Source of the DNA: Podospora anserina
Lineage: Eukaryota
Direction: 5' to 3'
DNA: 64,000 nt
Assembly: GCA_017654855.1 (NCBI GenBank)
Contig: CM030333.1
Location: 2,480,001-2,544,000 of the forward strand
The position numbers and the translations under genes were made by a program. Shown here one piece after another: positions 12,699-26,510 of this stretch; within the stretch, counting starts at the first letter, position 1, and the number at the start of each line of letters is the position of its first letter. A model generated the notes under the pieces. The model was not told where the DNA came from and made no database searches. It saw only the letters and a list, made by a program, of their open reading frames with translations.

Positions 12699-15600
12699 GG
12701 GTGAGAGAAGCAGGAAAAAGCCTCGAGGATTTGAAGCAGGCTGTGAGATCTTGATAAAGGTTCCCAGTTTCTGGGCGACTCGTCCGAGGGGGCTATCGGC
12801 ATGATAGAGGCGCGATCCCAGACTGGTGTGGCTTTGTCTGGGCCAAACATCTTCGATACCGTCGGTAGAAGGGCGCTAGATGTGTATTGAGCATACAATG
12901 TCACGCCATCCCTACCAGTTTGCAGACTGTATGCAGTCTCCATGTGGGGGAATACCAAATTACAAGCCTCGGCCCCTACCCTTTGCTGACCCCAAGAATA
13001 TTCGGTCAGGGCGCAGCTCGTCAGCCCGAGTTCATTTGTTGGACTACTCCTGGGCTGGGCTGGGCTGAGTAAAATCTTCAACCATTGCTGACAGGAGGCT
13101 GTCATTGGCTGGCATCCTTCCACCCTACCAGGCGATGGAGGGTGGACAAGGGGTCCAGGGTAGGGTGGTCCACCGCGACGGGTGAACCAGACATGGGAGA
13201 CACCTGGGAGCCATCTCCGAAAGAGGCATGTCAGTCTTGGAGTCGCGAATGGTGACCATCTTTCAAATGCTGCCTTGTGGCTGAGGAACAAGGCTCGCAA
13301 CGGCGACGATGTCATGTGGAAAGACGTCTTTTTTGGAGCGCCTCCCCCCCTTCTTTCCGTTCCCCTCCTCCACAAGCTGGAATCTATGACGGACGCAAAA
13401 GGATGTCGATTGGCTGTATGCAAACTCAGCCCATAAGATAGATGGTGTCTCAGACAGATCGACGAATCCCGACTGCACGGGCAATCTATCCGCAATCATT
13501 TAGGGGCTCTGACTGGCAGCTTGTAGCAGAGATCACCGTAGCCATCCCTCATTGCTGCCTTCGGGACGGCAGCGGAGGTAGGGCCCTTTTCGTGGTGGCC
13601 AGGGTTGATAGTGCTGATGCTGCGTTCATTGGACCGGAAACGAGCGGGTCGTGATAGGCTACAGCAAAAAGAAGTCGGCGATGTTGCAAGCCGTCGTAGC
13701 CGATTTACTCGGGAGCGCAACTCGCAGCTTTTCCATTTCATCATGTTGCAGTTTCTACTCGGATCTCGAGCAATCGTTATTTGTATCAGTACCTTTCATC
13801 TCAATGCCCTCCTTCAATGCTTTGCGAAGAGTTAGCGCTCTGATCACGACCAGATGTTTGATAACTCAATCCTTCCGATAAAGGCAGGGGCGCTGTCAAA
13901 CCAAGACTTTACCCCTGGCCTCCTTAAAGGTCGGGGGGGCCGGCCCGCTGTGCTCGGCAGTCGATGGTTTGCGTGTTGGAGATCGAGATGTCGCAATGCG
14001 AGCGAGGCCCAACAGTCTGGCCCTTGGGCTCACCGGACACTGTTTGGAAATACTGTATAAACTGCAGAGCCCGTCCGTATGGGCAACGGGCGACCGACGT
14101 CAAAAACGACGTCAACGAGCTGACGGCCTCAGGCCCCCAATCACACCCCATGCAGTTTGATGCCTGATTGACACCCACACACACGGTCAAGGCAAAGCCA
14201 CAAGGCTGATAACTGATCGGTCCATCAATGACTCTTATCATGACTGGATCTTCATTCTGAGGATATCAGGAGGGCGTCGTCGTCGCATTGCCCGTATAAT
14301 CAGGTGTAGTAGATAGACTGCTGTTCCTGATTCGCAAAACTCGAGTGACTCGACATATTTCGGGAATCTCAGCCTTTGAGCTGGGCGAGACGACGATTGG
14401 ATTCCGGTGAGAAGGTAACTGTTTCGAGGCCGTTGCACAGCCTTTCGGTGCCACCACCTTGTCCTGGGTATATTGACATCTGTCAGCCGATTGGCCAATT
14501 CGCCCAAATTAGTTCGGGCGGTTCTGTCTCCATCTCGACCACACGACAACGACGTGGAAAACTGCCCAATAGCGTTGCGAGGGTGCGGCGTCAAGGGGGT
14601 GGGTGGGCGGTCGGCGACAAGTGTGGCTCTTTGTGTCGCTGTGGCTTTCAGTTCGGTGTTTTGGGTTCAACGTATTCCTCGCTTGCTTTGCTTGCGATGT
14701 CCTGGAAGAGTGTTGCACAACGTCAAGTCCACGACAGGTGTTATTCATGGAAATTTGTCACGAAAACGCCGATTGTCCCGACGTAACCTTCTTTGGAGAA
14801 AGACAGCTGGAGATATCGCTTGATATCGCTCCGGGCCTTATCGCTGATATCCAGCAATCAGACCTTCTCTGATTGGCTTTTACGCTCTCTACCCCATGGG
14901 GAAGTTTGATTCTGGGAAGCAGCCACGACTTGTCCCTTCCGAGGTCCCGGGTCAATTTGTGCTGGTCAGCTGCCCATTTGATAACACTTGATAACACGGA
15001 AAGGGCATGGTGTCTCATTAATGGCGTGCTTTGCTTCTCAATTCACTTCATTCCGAACATCGACTTCACTTGCAGTTTCTGTTCTTTTTATTTTTTATAT
15101 TTTTTATAATTTTTATTGTGTTTATATTCTTTTTATGCTTGGGGCATCCCCAACTCTATTCTACAGATTCCTTCCCTGCGCCATGCACGACACGCTATCC
15201 CTCCCAAATGCCGTCTATGCCCCTTGGTGTGAGAACCTTAAAAACCATAACAAGAACACGAACAGGTACACACACACACACCATCATCCACGCCCAACTC
15301 CAACAAGCTTACAAGCTTATTCTGCCTCCCGCAGGAGCAGAACAGCAATGACGTTGTCGGTAAGGCCCGCTCGGTTCAATTCTCTCCCCGACTGTGCAGG
15401 AGGCACAGGCGTGGTTGTTACTCACCGAGCTGCCAATGGGAAGATGGGGGTGGAAGATGAAGATGAAGAAGATGAAAGTCGTAACCTCGTCCCGGCCATC
15501 CCGTCCGATCCCTTCAAACTCCATACCCAGCACCCAAGAACCCCCATGACGCCAATGGGTCCAGAAAACGCCCAATGAGAAAAATCACAATCCCACACCG

Positions 15601-15812
15601 ATGGGCGTGCCGCAAAGAGCGGCGGCGTCATCATCGAGGTGGCGGCCAGATCGCCATCCTGATGGGAATGGCTCGGCACTTGGTCACCCACATACGGATG
15701 TGTGGTGGTGCCTCTGCAACCCTGGTTCTAGCCCGGGTAGCGTCGGATGCCTATCCAGCAACACATACAGCTACTCTGCCTTGGGCTGAACTGCAACCAC
15801 TGGATCATCGCT

Positions 15813-17367
<1,555 letters not shown>

Positions 17368-18067
17368 TGTGACGAGTGTTGAATGGGTATCTAGGGGTAT
17401 ATGTTCTTGTTGTTGTTGTTGTTGTTGTTGGAATGCGGAAATGTGTCGAGGGTATCAACTGTTGAACTCGTACGCTGTCGAACGAAGAATGAATGGGAAG
17501 AGAAGAGGACAATCGAGCACAATGGGACGAAGGGAAAGGACGAGTATAATATAGACACCCGCACGAAAGGCCGGTGGTGGGGGGGAGGGGGGGGGCAACG
17601 TTTGAAAGCCCGAATAGCGATGGTCTCTTTTTTTCATGGGACGACAGAACCAAGCCTTTTCCTGGTCCCCTGTTCCTAGCTACACAGTTCTCTCTACCGA
17701 CAGGAGCACAATAGTGTAGCTCCGTTTCACACTATTATCCAGAGCCTTGCGTTTTTCTCCTGGGATGGTCGTCAACAGGCAGCGCGGGGGAGTCCCTGTG
17801 CTGGGTCGAGTGGCCACGTTTTGGCGAGGATTTACTCAGGGAGCGCCGGTTATCGCTCGTGCGTTAGAAGCACGGCGCACAGTTCCAGCGTCTTGACATG
17901 TGGAACGACGTCCGCGCCAGTCGGGTCGTATTTGCTTTTTGCCATACATATCATGATGCCTATTTCCCCTTTGGAAAACCAGACGATATCGGCCGTGGGA
18001 TGAGATATTTTCCTGCAATAGGCAATGCCCCGCGTTGGTCTACACATACTGTCGTCACATAGCATTG

Positions 18068-18375
18068 CTGATTGGCTGCCCGGCAGCTTGGAAAGGGCTA
18101 GGCGGTGCTGCTCGCTGCCCATCTCGGGGCGTGGTGGTGCGTGGAGGTTGCAGTCGAATGGGGGGGCAGTTTGGGGGTCCATATGGGGGGGCTCGGGGGG
18201 GCCACTGGAGGGTACGGGTGGTTGAACAATGAGGAAAAGCTCGCGTGCTTGTCCTGGACCCTGGCATGACATCTGGCAGGGGGCCCCGGCCTCGCTGACG
18301 ACAGGCTAGGATCAAAAGATGCCGCCGCGGCGCCACTGGGACAGGCCCTCATTCTTATCCGACGACACTGATTGG
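18068..18375 (-). promoter_or_regulatory. Two CCAATCAG boxes (18068-18075, 18368-18375) upstream of the GDH gene
   Basis: CTGATTGG on + strand twice, about 0.7 and 1.0 kb upstream of the ATG; CCAAT-binding complex control of am/gdhA is established in Neurospora and Aspergillus. Function here is inferred. Confidence 0.5.
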
Positions 18376-19838
18376 CCGCCCTTTTCTGGGTCAAAGCCGG
18401 TGGGATGGTGCTCACGAAGGGCTGCGGGGTCGACGGGAGCTAGCATTCTGCGAGGACATCGGCGCAGGACAGGGAAGCGGCGCCAAAAACGACGCAGAAT
18501 CACCCGGCTCATTTTCGTGCGACTCCGACGTCGCTGGAGTCCTAGTGGCCGTCCTACGCTACTCATGTCCCTCATGTCCGCTTCCCTCCGGCGCATCCCG
18601 CGTTTAGTCATTGAAAAGGCAGACGAGCTCCTCGACACGACGACGGCAGGGTTGAGGGTTGCGGTTTGGCTGATCAGCCTCCGGTCTTGCAGCAGGTAAT
18701 ATTTGCTGCTATCTGTGCAGTTGTAATGTGAACTGGTAACCAATTCCCAACTGACCACTGATAGGCATTTATTTGAAGCTGGCTTCTCCCGGCCATCTTG
18801 GACGTCGAGCCCTTGTTACCTAACCAACACTGCCAAACCCCATTCAGCTGTCAAAGTCACAAATATCGCTCAAACATAAACGGAAGACCAACATGGAAGG
18901 ACATGTTTCGAGATCGGGCAGAGCAAGCTGTTGTTGGTGATTAATGTGTCTAGTAGTCGAGCTGAACATAAGGCAGGCAGGACACCACCATTCGGCACCT
19001 CCGTCGTCATGATGTCTTGCAGCCTGCATTTCCTTGCATTTCACTTTCTGTCTCCTTTCGATGACGCACTCGGGCGTGATATCCCTCAAGCTGCGCCATG
19101 GCTCTTGGTCTCGACCAGTGGGTAACCAAGACTTTCCCAAGATCTGTTTTGTATCCACACGGGAAAATCCGACAAATCGTAACCTCTTAAATTCAACCAG
19201 GGACATCCCTTCCTCATGGGGAACCCTACCCCAATGGGGTCAAGGATATCCCGACTTTGACGATGAGTTGGGAAAAAACGGCCGACGGAAAATACGATCT
19301 AGGTGTTGGGTTTTTTGTCTGTTTGTTCCTCACCACCAGGGAAAAAAACTACCGAACGACCTCCTCATCTTGAATATGACGGAGGCCGAGACGGGTAGGT
19401 TTGGGGTTTATCCTTGGTATACTCTAGCTGGTGAGAAACAAATATGGGGGGAGAATTGTTCTTTGGAACTTTCGTCATCTTTTCTAGCAACCAGGGTGTG
19501 GACCAACCCAGCAGCACCTATGCTTTTCTCGAACTGCTGGGCAGAAGTCAAATGATGATGCCTGACGACGAGCTTTGGGGTGTTGTGTTGATTTGTTCTG
19601 TTTCTTCGCCCCGAGCCCCGAGATCCCCCGGCCGGCGTAAGTGCGAACGGCGCTTGGGTAGTGTAGTGGGCGGAGTTTCGGAGCCAGGCCCGATGATGAA
19701 GAAGGTACGGGGACTAGAACTAGATGACTGGGGACCGGGGGAGAGAGGGATCTCGGAAGGAAACGGCTTGACGCGGCTCTTTTCGATGTATTTCTAGATT
19801 TAATGTATGTGTGGGCATGACACGCGCGCGGGACGGTG

Positions 19839-20950
19839 ATCAGATAAGAAAACACCAGGGTCTTGTTTGAGGATGAGAGCCAGTGAGGGGAGGTTGCATT
19901 ACATGAATGCATGCTGTGTGGTTTTGATGGTGTCGGAAGGACCGGAGCGGCGGGACTGAGCGAGCAGCAAGAATGTCAACGGGTACCTGGTGGTTGTGTG
20001 TAACGGAGGAGGACGACGACAACGACCTCGGCCGAGAGGGACATCAACATGGGACGTGGGGTTTAGGTATGTTGAAGGGGAACACTCAGCTCGGCGAGCC
20101 CTTTCTCGTCGGCGAATTCCTCGCTGTTGCGAGCGCCTCCGTCCCGTCTTGTCTCGTCTCGTCTCAGGTTGTCTAGAGACCAGACCAGACCAGGTCGAGA
20201 ATATTCGTCGTCTCATCTTTCCAAACCCTCTTCTTCTTCCTCTTCCTCGTCCTCCTTCTCCTCTTCTTCACTTCCACCGTTTTGTTCATGCCAGTCCTGC
20301 TATCTCCGACAATTTAAGCTTCACAATGACACCGTCAATCTGCAGTCGCACAAACAAGCCTCCTGCAACCCATCTAGGCCAGATCTGTCCATGACAAGAG
20401 GACATACATTCCCCAAAAGAGAAGACGGTCCCTGCGTATAAGGTAGGTAGGCAGTCTAGCACGTGGGTACGTACCTTGGATAGGTACGTATCTACGTACC
20501 TCTTTGCTGCCGCTGCTGCCGTGATCCCCTACTACCACTAAAAATAACATGTGAAAGAGCAAAAGCCAAGAATGAGTCTATTTCGGCTTTGGGGGAAACG
20601 GCGGCGCGTGTGCAAGATCATTTGATAAGATAATCTGTACCTGTTGGGGTGATGTGACTAGTAGGGGGATGTCAGGCTCGGTGCGCTTGGCTGAGGGAGA
20701 TGAGATTGATAAGATAATCAGGGTGATGGTGAAGTTGGGTGAGTGTCGGCATGTCTGTCGGAGGAAACTGATCTGATAAGATTATTTAGGGGGTGGTGTG
20801 GCCTGTTGGTGTACTTTGGGCTGGTGAGAGGACTGATGTTCTTTTGTTGGGGTGGTGATATAAGAGGGGGGTTGTCTGTTGCGGGTGAGTTGAAATGTTG
20901 GCGGTGTTTCTTCAAGTTTTTTGTGATATCGGGGGTGATAAAGGTGGATA
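19839..20950. promoter_or_regulatory. GATA-site cluster including two ATCWGATAA motifs
   Basis: ATCAGATAA at 19839, ATCTGATAA at 20771, TTGATAAGATAATC twice (20622, 20706), further GATA at 20857, 20925, 20937, 20947. Confidence 0.5.
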
Positions 20951-21157
20951 GAGTGAGATTTGCTTATGGTGACGTGGGACCTCTCATCGTGTGCTTTTGT
21001 CTTGTTTTCGGTTTACTTATATAAGTCAGGCAGGTATATGCGGCATGAGTATATTCAGGCTGAGCTATCCTGTGTAAGCCTTGATTACATGTATCCTGTC
21101 ATCAAAGGTTGTCGTGGGGTTTTGTTGGTTGGTTCTTTTAGCAGGCTCTAGTTTACA

Positions 21158-21209
21158 TGCTCTCATTCATGTGCTCTCATTCATGTGCCCTCACTCATAT
21201 GCTCTCATT
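21158..21209 (+). repeat. Degenerate 14-bp tandem repeat (TGCTCTCATTCATG, about 3.7 copies)
   Basis: Read directly: tgctctcattcatg tgctctcattcatg tgccctcactcata tgctctcatt. Confidence 0.8.
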
Positions 21210-22895
21210 TTCGTGTTAGAACTTATCGTCTCTCATCCCTTCAGTCTCATTCGGCATCCCATCTAATACCTTTTTGATAGAATTTATCTCAGTGGGTACA
21301 GGACTCCAGGCACTTACAGGGCAGCGCTTGCAGACCTACTTTTCCACAAAATCTCCCACACGACTATTCTCACGATTTTCCTTCCACAGTTGCTCTTACA
21401 CTACTATTCTTATGGTTACTGTGTATCTGTTGCTCTTACATAACTGCACTTAAACCACTGCTCTTACACCATTGCTCCCACGCCACCTTTCATCATCTTT
21501 GCACAGTTTCTCTCGTCTCTTTCTGATTCAAAACGCACTGCTGGCCTAGAGTTGCATGAATCTTCAGACCGTAAAACCTCACAAATGTCTTGCATGGCAA
21601 GTCCCCTACAGCTTACTTAGATACCCAAGGGACCCTGGTAACCAAGCTAGATATAGCTTTCTTGGTTTCCTCAAATTTCACATGCTTCAGGGTGTTTGCA
21701 AACTACTAGTTTGAAACCCTTGATCAAGTCTGGACTAAACATACAACCCTCCCTTCCCCGTGACAAGGAGAAGAATGTGGTTCTTGTCTAGCCTTTGACG
21801 GGATTGGTTGTCTCCTATTCAGGAACGAGACAGGTGAAAGGAAGCTGAGAACCACACGCTCACAAGTACGTACCTGTCCTACGTCTACGAGCAACAGACA
21901 CAGACGCATTTCATCCGATTCAGGGATGCAGGGGCAGCGTGACACACCACCTCGTCAAATCATAAGACGACAACCTTGGACAGTGTATGATCCCCAACAC
22001 TCGAATGCCAGTAACCTACCTTTCAGGTCAAGCTCTCCATTATTTTCACATCATATCACCACCAGGCCGTGGGCCGAATTCATATCGCCATGCACGTGAG
22101 CCGACAGTGCACCTTCCATCCCAGCAGTCTTTGACTCTACATTGCAAACTAGCTTTTTAATTTTCCCTACCTACTACATCTTCCAGCAGCTCCTTACATT
22201 CCTTAGGCTATATCCCAGCATGTGTCTTATCTCATTCATCACCCAACTTCCATTTTGCCCAGTCTCACTTGGTTATCCATCATCTCATATACAACTGACC
22301 AAAACCAATTTGCAGCTTCGAAAAATACAACAACATAGACAAAACCAAAGGCGGGTATCTCCTTCTCTTTTCCAGTCTTCACTCCCAACAGACAGCTCAA
22401 ACAGTTGAATAACCAAAAGCACACAGCATACCATCATCCATCACAACTTCAAGGACAGAACGGACGAGAAGATATACAAACAGACCAACATCAGAAGGCA
22501 AAACTCAAAACGCGCAAACAAAAAAAAGGACAAAACGTCCCAGTAAAAATAGTTTATAATTTCAAAAGATAAAAAAAATAAAAATAAAAAAGGAAGTATG
22601 TAGCAGTCGTAACATGGTAATGTCGGTGGTATACGGCGGAGAGAGTTAGGTAATAGGTAGAAGAGAAATGAAAGAATCGAAAGTCGTGCTTTGTTTTGTT
22701 TTTTGTTTTCTTTTAAACAAAAGGCGTCTCGGTCTAAGCTCTTCCGCTTTTCCATCCCCCCTTTCCCCCCCAATTGACTCCCAACCCCTATTCCCCCTTT
22801 TATCAACAACCATCAGAAGCCCAGGAGGGAAAAGAGAAAAAGAAAAAGAAAAGTCTCGACTCGTCAACCCGCAGCCAGCTCAGCTAACCAGCCGC

Positions 22896-23920
22896 TTATG
22901 ACACCTGCATAACCATAGGCCCGGCAACGGTAATCTCATCGGTAATCACACCCGTCAAAGGACCCGCGCTGGTCAAGCTGACATAGGTGACACCGGCCAA
23001 GTTCTGGGGCACCTCGCACCCGGCCTCCTGCGTGAAGGTAGTGAAGACGGTACCGCCGGGGTTGCCACCAGTAGTGAAGCCGCAGTGCGTAGCCCCGGCA
23101 GCAGCCTCGCTCTCCAACCGGATGACAGTACCAGCAGTAACAGTCGCCGCGTCAATCCCCGCGCCCAAGGCCAAGGATGGGAACGCAGTCAAGATCAAGT
23201 TCGACCCCTCAGGGCAGCTCTCGATAAAAGGCGCAGCGAGCGAAAAGACCTGCTTCGGCGTGAGAGGGGTGTCGAACGCCTGGGGGACGGCAACCACCCC
23301 GCTGGCGGCGCGGACAAAGGTCTGGTGGCGGGCCTCGATGGTGAGGATGGAGCCGGCGGTGGTGAGGATGGAGCCGTCGGAGATGAGGGCGGCGGCGCCG
23401 AGGTAGGCGGATACACCCACGTTCTCGAGGACGGCGGCGGTGGCGACCATGCCGGCGGCGTCGGTGAAGCCGAAGTTGTATGTGCACGGCTGGACGGGCT
23501 GGACGCCGGCCTGGGCGAGGGCGGATTGGAGAAGCACGACGTGCTCCTCTTCGGTCTTGCCGATCTTGGTCAGGTCCTCGATTTGGCGCTCGTTAAGGCC
23601 GAGGGCTTGGAAGTCGGTGACAGGGAAGCGGGCGAAGCCTTGCTGGTAGAAGGCTGCTTCGAGCCATTCGAGGGTGAGGGCGCTGGAGGGTAGGTTAGTG
23701 TCAAAGTTGGCTACATGGGACTGGTTTGATTGAGGTCAACTCACAATTGAAGAATGTCAAGATCGTTGATACCAAGAGCCTGAGCAGCAGCGTTTTGACG
23801 CTTCGCGTGTTGGTACATCTTCAGCTGGGCCTTGTTGAGCTTGGGAATTGATGGGAGGGCCGAAGCAACAGCCGCAAGTCCCGCAACAACCACCCCAAGT
23901 GTCTTTGTGAATGAAGGCAT
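22896..23920 (-). CDS. Secreted ferritin-like-domain protein (Rds1/LsdA-like); exons 23920-23745, 23682-22896
   Basis: Signal peptide, KR site, DLDILQFALTLEWLE after splicing, EEEHV, LENVGVSAYLGAA, ILTIEARHQ, SLAAPFIESCP typical of fungal ferritin-like proteins. Confidence 0.8.
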
Positions 23921-26510
23921 TATGTCGGTTGTGTGTGTGTGTGTGTGCGAGAGAGAGAGATTCCGTTTCTTTCCAAATGTCCTTTCGGTTATCGTTCCAA
24001 AGCTGTCGAGTTCGAGCAAAGACCAGTCCGACTGCTTGTATAAAAGAAGAATAAGACAAGACCTGCCTGAGGTAGGTTGTGTATAAAAAGATTAAAAAAT
24101 ATTAAAGCTGTAAAAGCTGAATAGATCCAATGAATGGACTAAAGAGTGAGAGACAAGGACAGACTGAAGCTGCTTTTGGTTTGGTTTTTTTTTTTTTTTG
24201 AAAAAAAGGAGAGTCAAAAGCAGACCAGTGCTTTGGGTAACGAATAGACAAAACACAAGGAGGCGTGGGATGAGGAGGAGAAAGAGAAGAAGGAGGGGAG
24301 GGGAAAGAACAACGTCATGAGATGGGAAACGGCCATGGATAAAGACGGCCAGCCAAGGAGGATTCCCCTTGTCGTCCTGGTGGCCCGGCGGCTGCTGGCC
24401 CTTCCGGGTCCCGCAGTAATCACTGCTTGCTTCGAAAGAAATCTCGTTCAGGCAATGCGCAGGGTCGTTTCCAGCGCTCAGGGCGCGCGCCCCGGGGCTT
24501 CTGCTTCATCGAGTTCGGCTTCCCGTCAGACGGCAACCCAAGAGCAGCACTTCAGATGGCAGGACTGAGGACCTCGACGTCTTGGTGTTTCGTTTCCCTC
24601 GAGCCTTTGGAACCCCCTGCCGCAGCTACCGCCAATCACATCGCCATCTTCATCTTTAAAGTTAAGATGGAGGCTCCTCACCCCCCTGCTCGGGACCCGG
24701 CTCGCACGCAACGCTCTGTGTGGGGGCGTACAGCCCCAACCACTGAGAGCACGTGCCAAGAGTGTGCCAGGGGGTTGCACAGAAGCTTGGGGGTAGCCGC
24801 GCTGGGGTGATCTGCGACAGTGGCGTACGCGATGCTCGTCTCAGGAACGTTTCAATTCAGACGGACCGCAGCAGAACCGACATCTTTTCCTTCTGTCTTC
24901 TGCCCCCTATCAAGCCTCTTGTTCATCCGAGCGAGCTGCCATCTCCATGGATGGATACCTCTAGGTATTGCTCGAAGTTTATCGCCATCTCCATAACCTT
25001 ATTGCGACATACGGTAGGCCGCCCCTTTCTCGTGACTGAGCGATAGCGTCGCATCGGTTCCTGACATGCAACCCAGTAGAAACAACAACAAGAAAATCAT
25101 CCCGACGCCGTGTTCTTCTTCCGTGGTGTTCAAGGGGATCCCCATTGCATCCGTGATCCCGTCCACACCCGCCCACCACCACCCATCACGATTCGAATCC
25201 TGTCAAAAGGTTGCCACAGTTGTTTCCAAGTGGCCCATCTGACGTCGAGATCACGGCCAGGTACCGTACTGCAAAGTAAATGTTTAAGCTTCTTTCAGGC
25301 CAGCCTACGGCCTAGAACTGCAACACCACAAGCACCTACCTACTTATGTGTGTGTGAGTGGATATTGAATCAAGCCTCAAGCTCTTGACTCGCTGCCCAA
25401 AGCCAAGCACAAGGTCCTCCTTCGTAGAATGAATCTGGCAAACAGCTTCCTTTCTCCACGGAGCATTCCATTCCCTCCCTACCTACCCTACCTAAACCAC
25501 GCCACTGCTAGCTATTAGCTACAGGTAGCTGGTACCGTAGACTCAGACAAACCTCAACCACCAACCTCGAGTTAAACTAAAAAACATCTCTCACGTCCAC
25601 CCCCAACAGGCCAGCTTGTTTCCATCCCAAACACCGTCCCCCCATCTCTCAGAACCCACCCTCTTCCAAGAATGATGATCTCGGAGTTATCAACCTCAGA
25701 ACCCACCACCCCAACTCTGAAATCTACAATCCCGAGAACCCTTCATCGAACAATCGAACACCCCTCCCCCCCTAAAGCAAGGTCGCATCAAAATCCCACC
25801 CACTGCACAACCCCCAACTCATGTTTCCAACCACCTACTACTACTGTAGACAAAATCCCGAGATCCGAACATTCGCATAAACCTCGACCCCCCAGCCCCC
25901 AGCCCAGCCCAGCCGGCACTTCAGTCTTCCATTTTTCTCCTCCCTTAAACATCCCGCAGACATTATTTTCAGCCTGTATACCAAGAAAAAAATAAAGGTG
26001 TGACACACACAGCCATCTTGAAACCGGAAATAGGCTTTACAGTCCACTAACCTACCTACACCAAGCCGCACAACACAACACACAAAAACCTCCTTCCACA
26101 TCTCGACAATTACATGCACCAAATATAACGTTAAAATCGCGTTCATTAAACAACTTCCCTACTTGTGCTCATCTCACTGCTTGCCCCCCCCCACTCCCTC
26201 TTTCCATCATCCTAATACTACTCCCTTTCCATACCATCTCCCCTTTTCATCCCAGCCTACCCCCTCAGCTTTCCAGCAATGATGTCCCTCGGCTCTAAAC
26301 CACCCCATCATCAACTTCTTCCCTTCACAACTCATTGCACTGATATCCCCCCACACCGGACCAAATTGTTCCTTCTCCTCTTCTCCATCTTCCATAATTC
26401 TTTACATACTATCCACTTAATCTTCCCATCAGACCTCATCTCCATTTCATAACCTCCGTAGTAGCATTGCAATCAATATTACAAAAAACAGTATTGTAAT
26501 GGCTAACAGA

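Noticed and set aside
15360..15395. GGTTCAATTC B-box/T-loop-like motif
   Set aside because: Flanks do not pair as a T-stem and no cloverleaf can be drawn; same for ATTCGAATCC near 25191.
12617..15700. ORFs of 60-290 aa between the oxidase and GDH genes
   Set aside because: Mostly non-ATG starts, no codon bias or motifs, overlapping on both strands; treated as intergenic/UTR.
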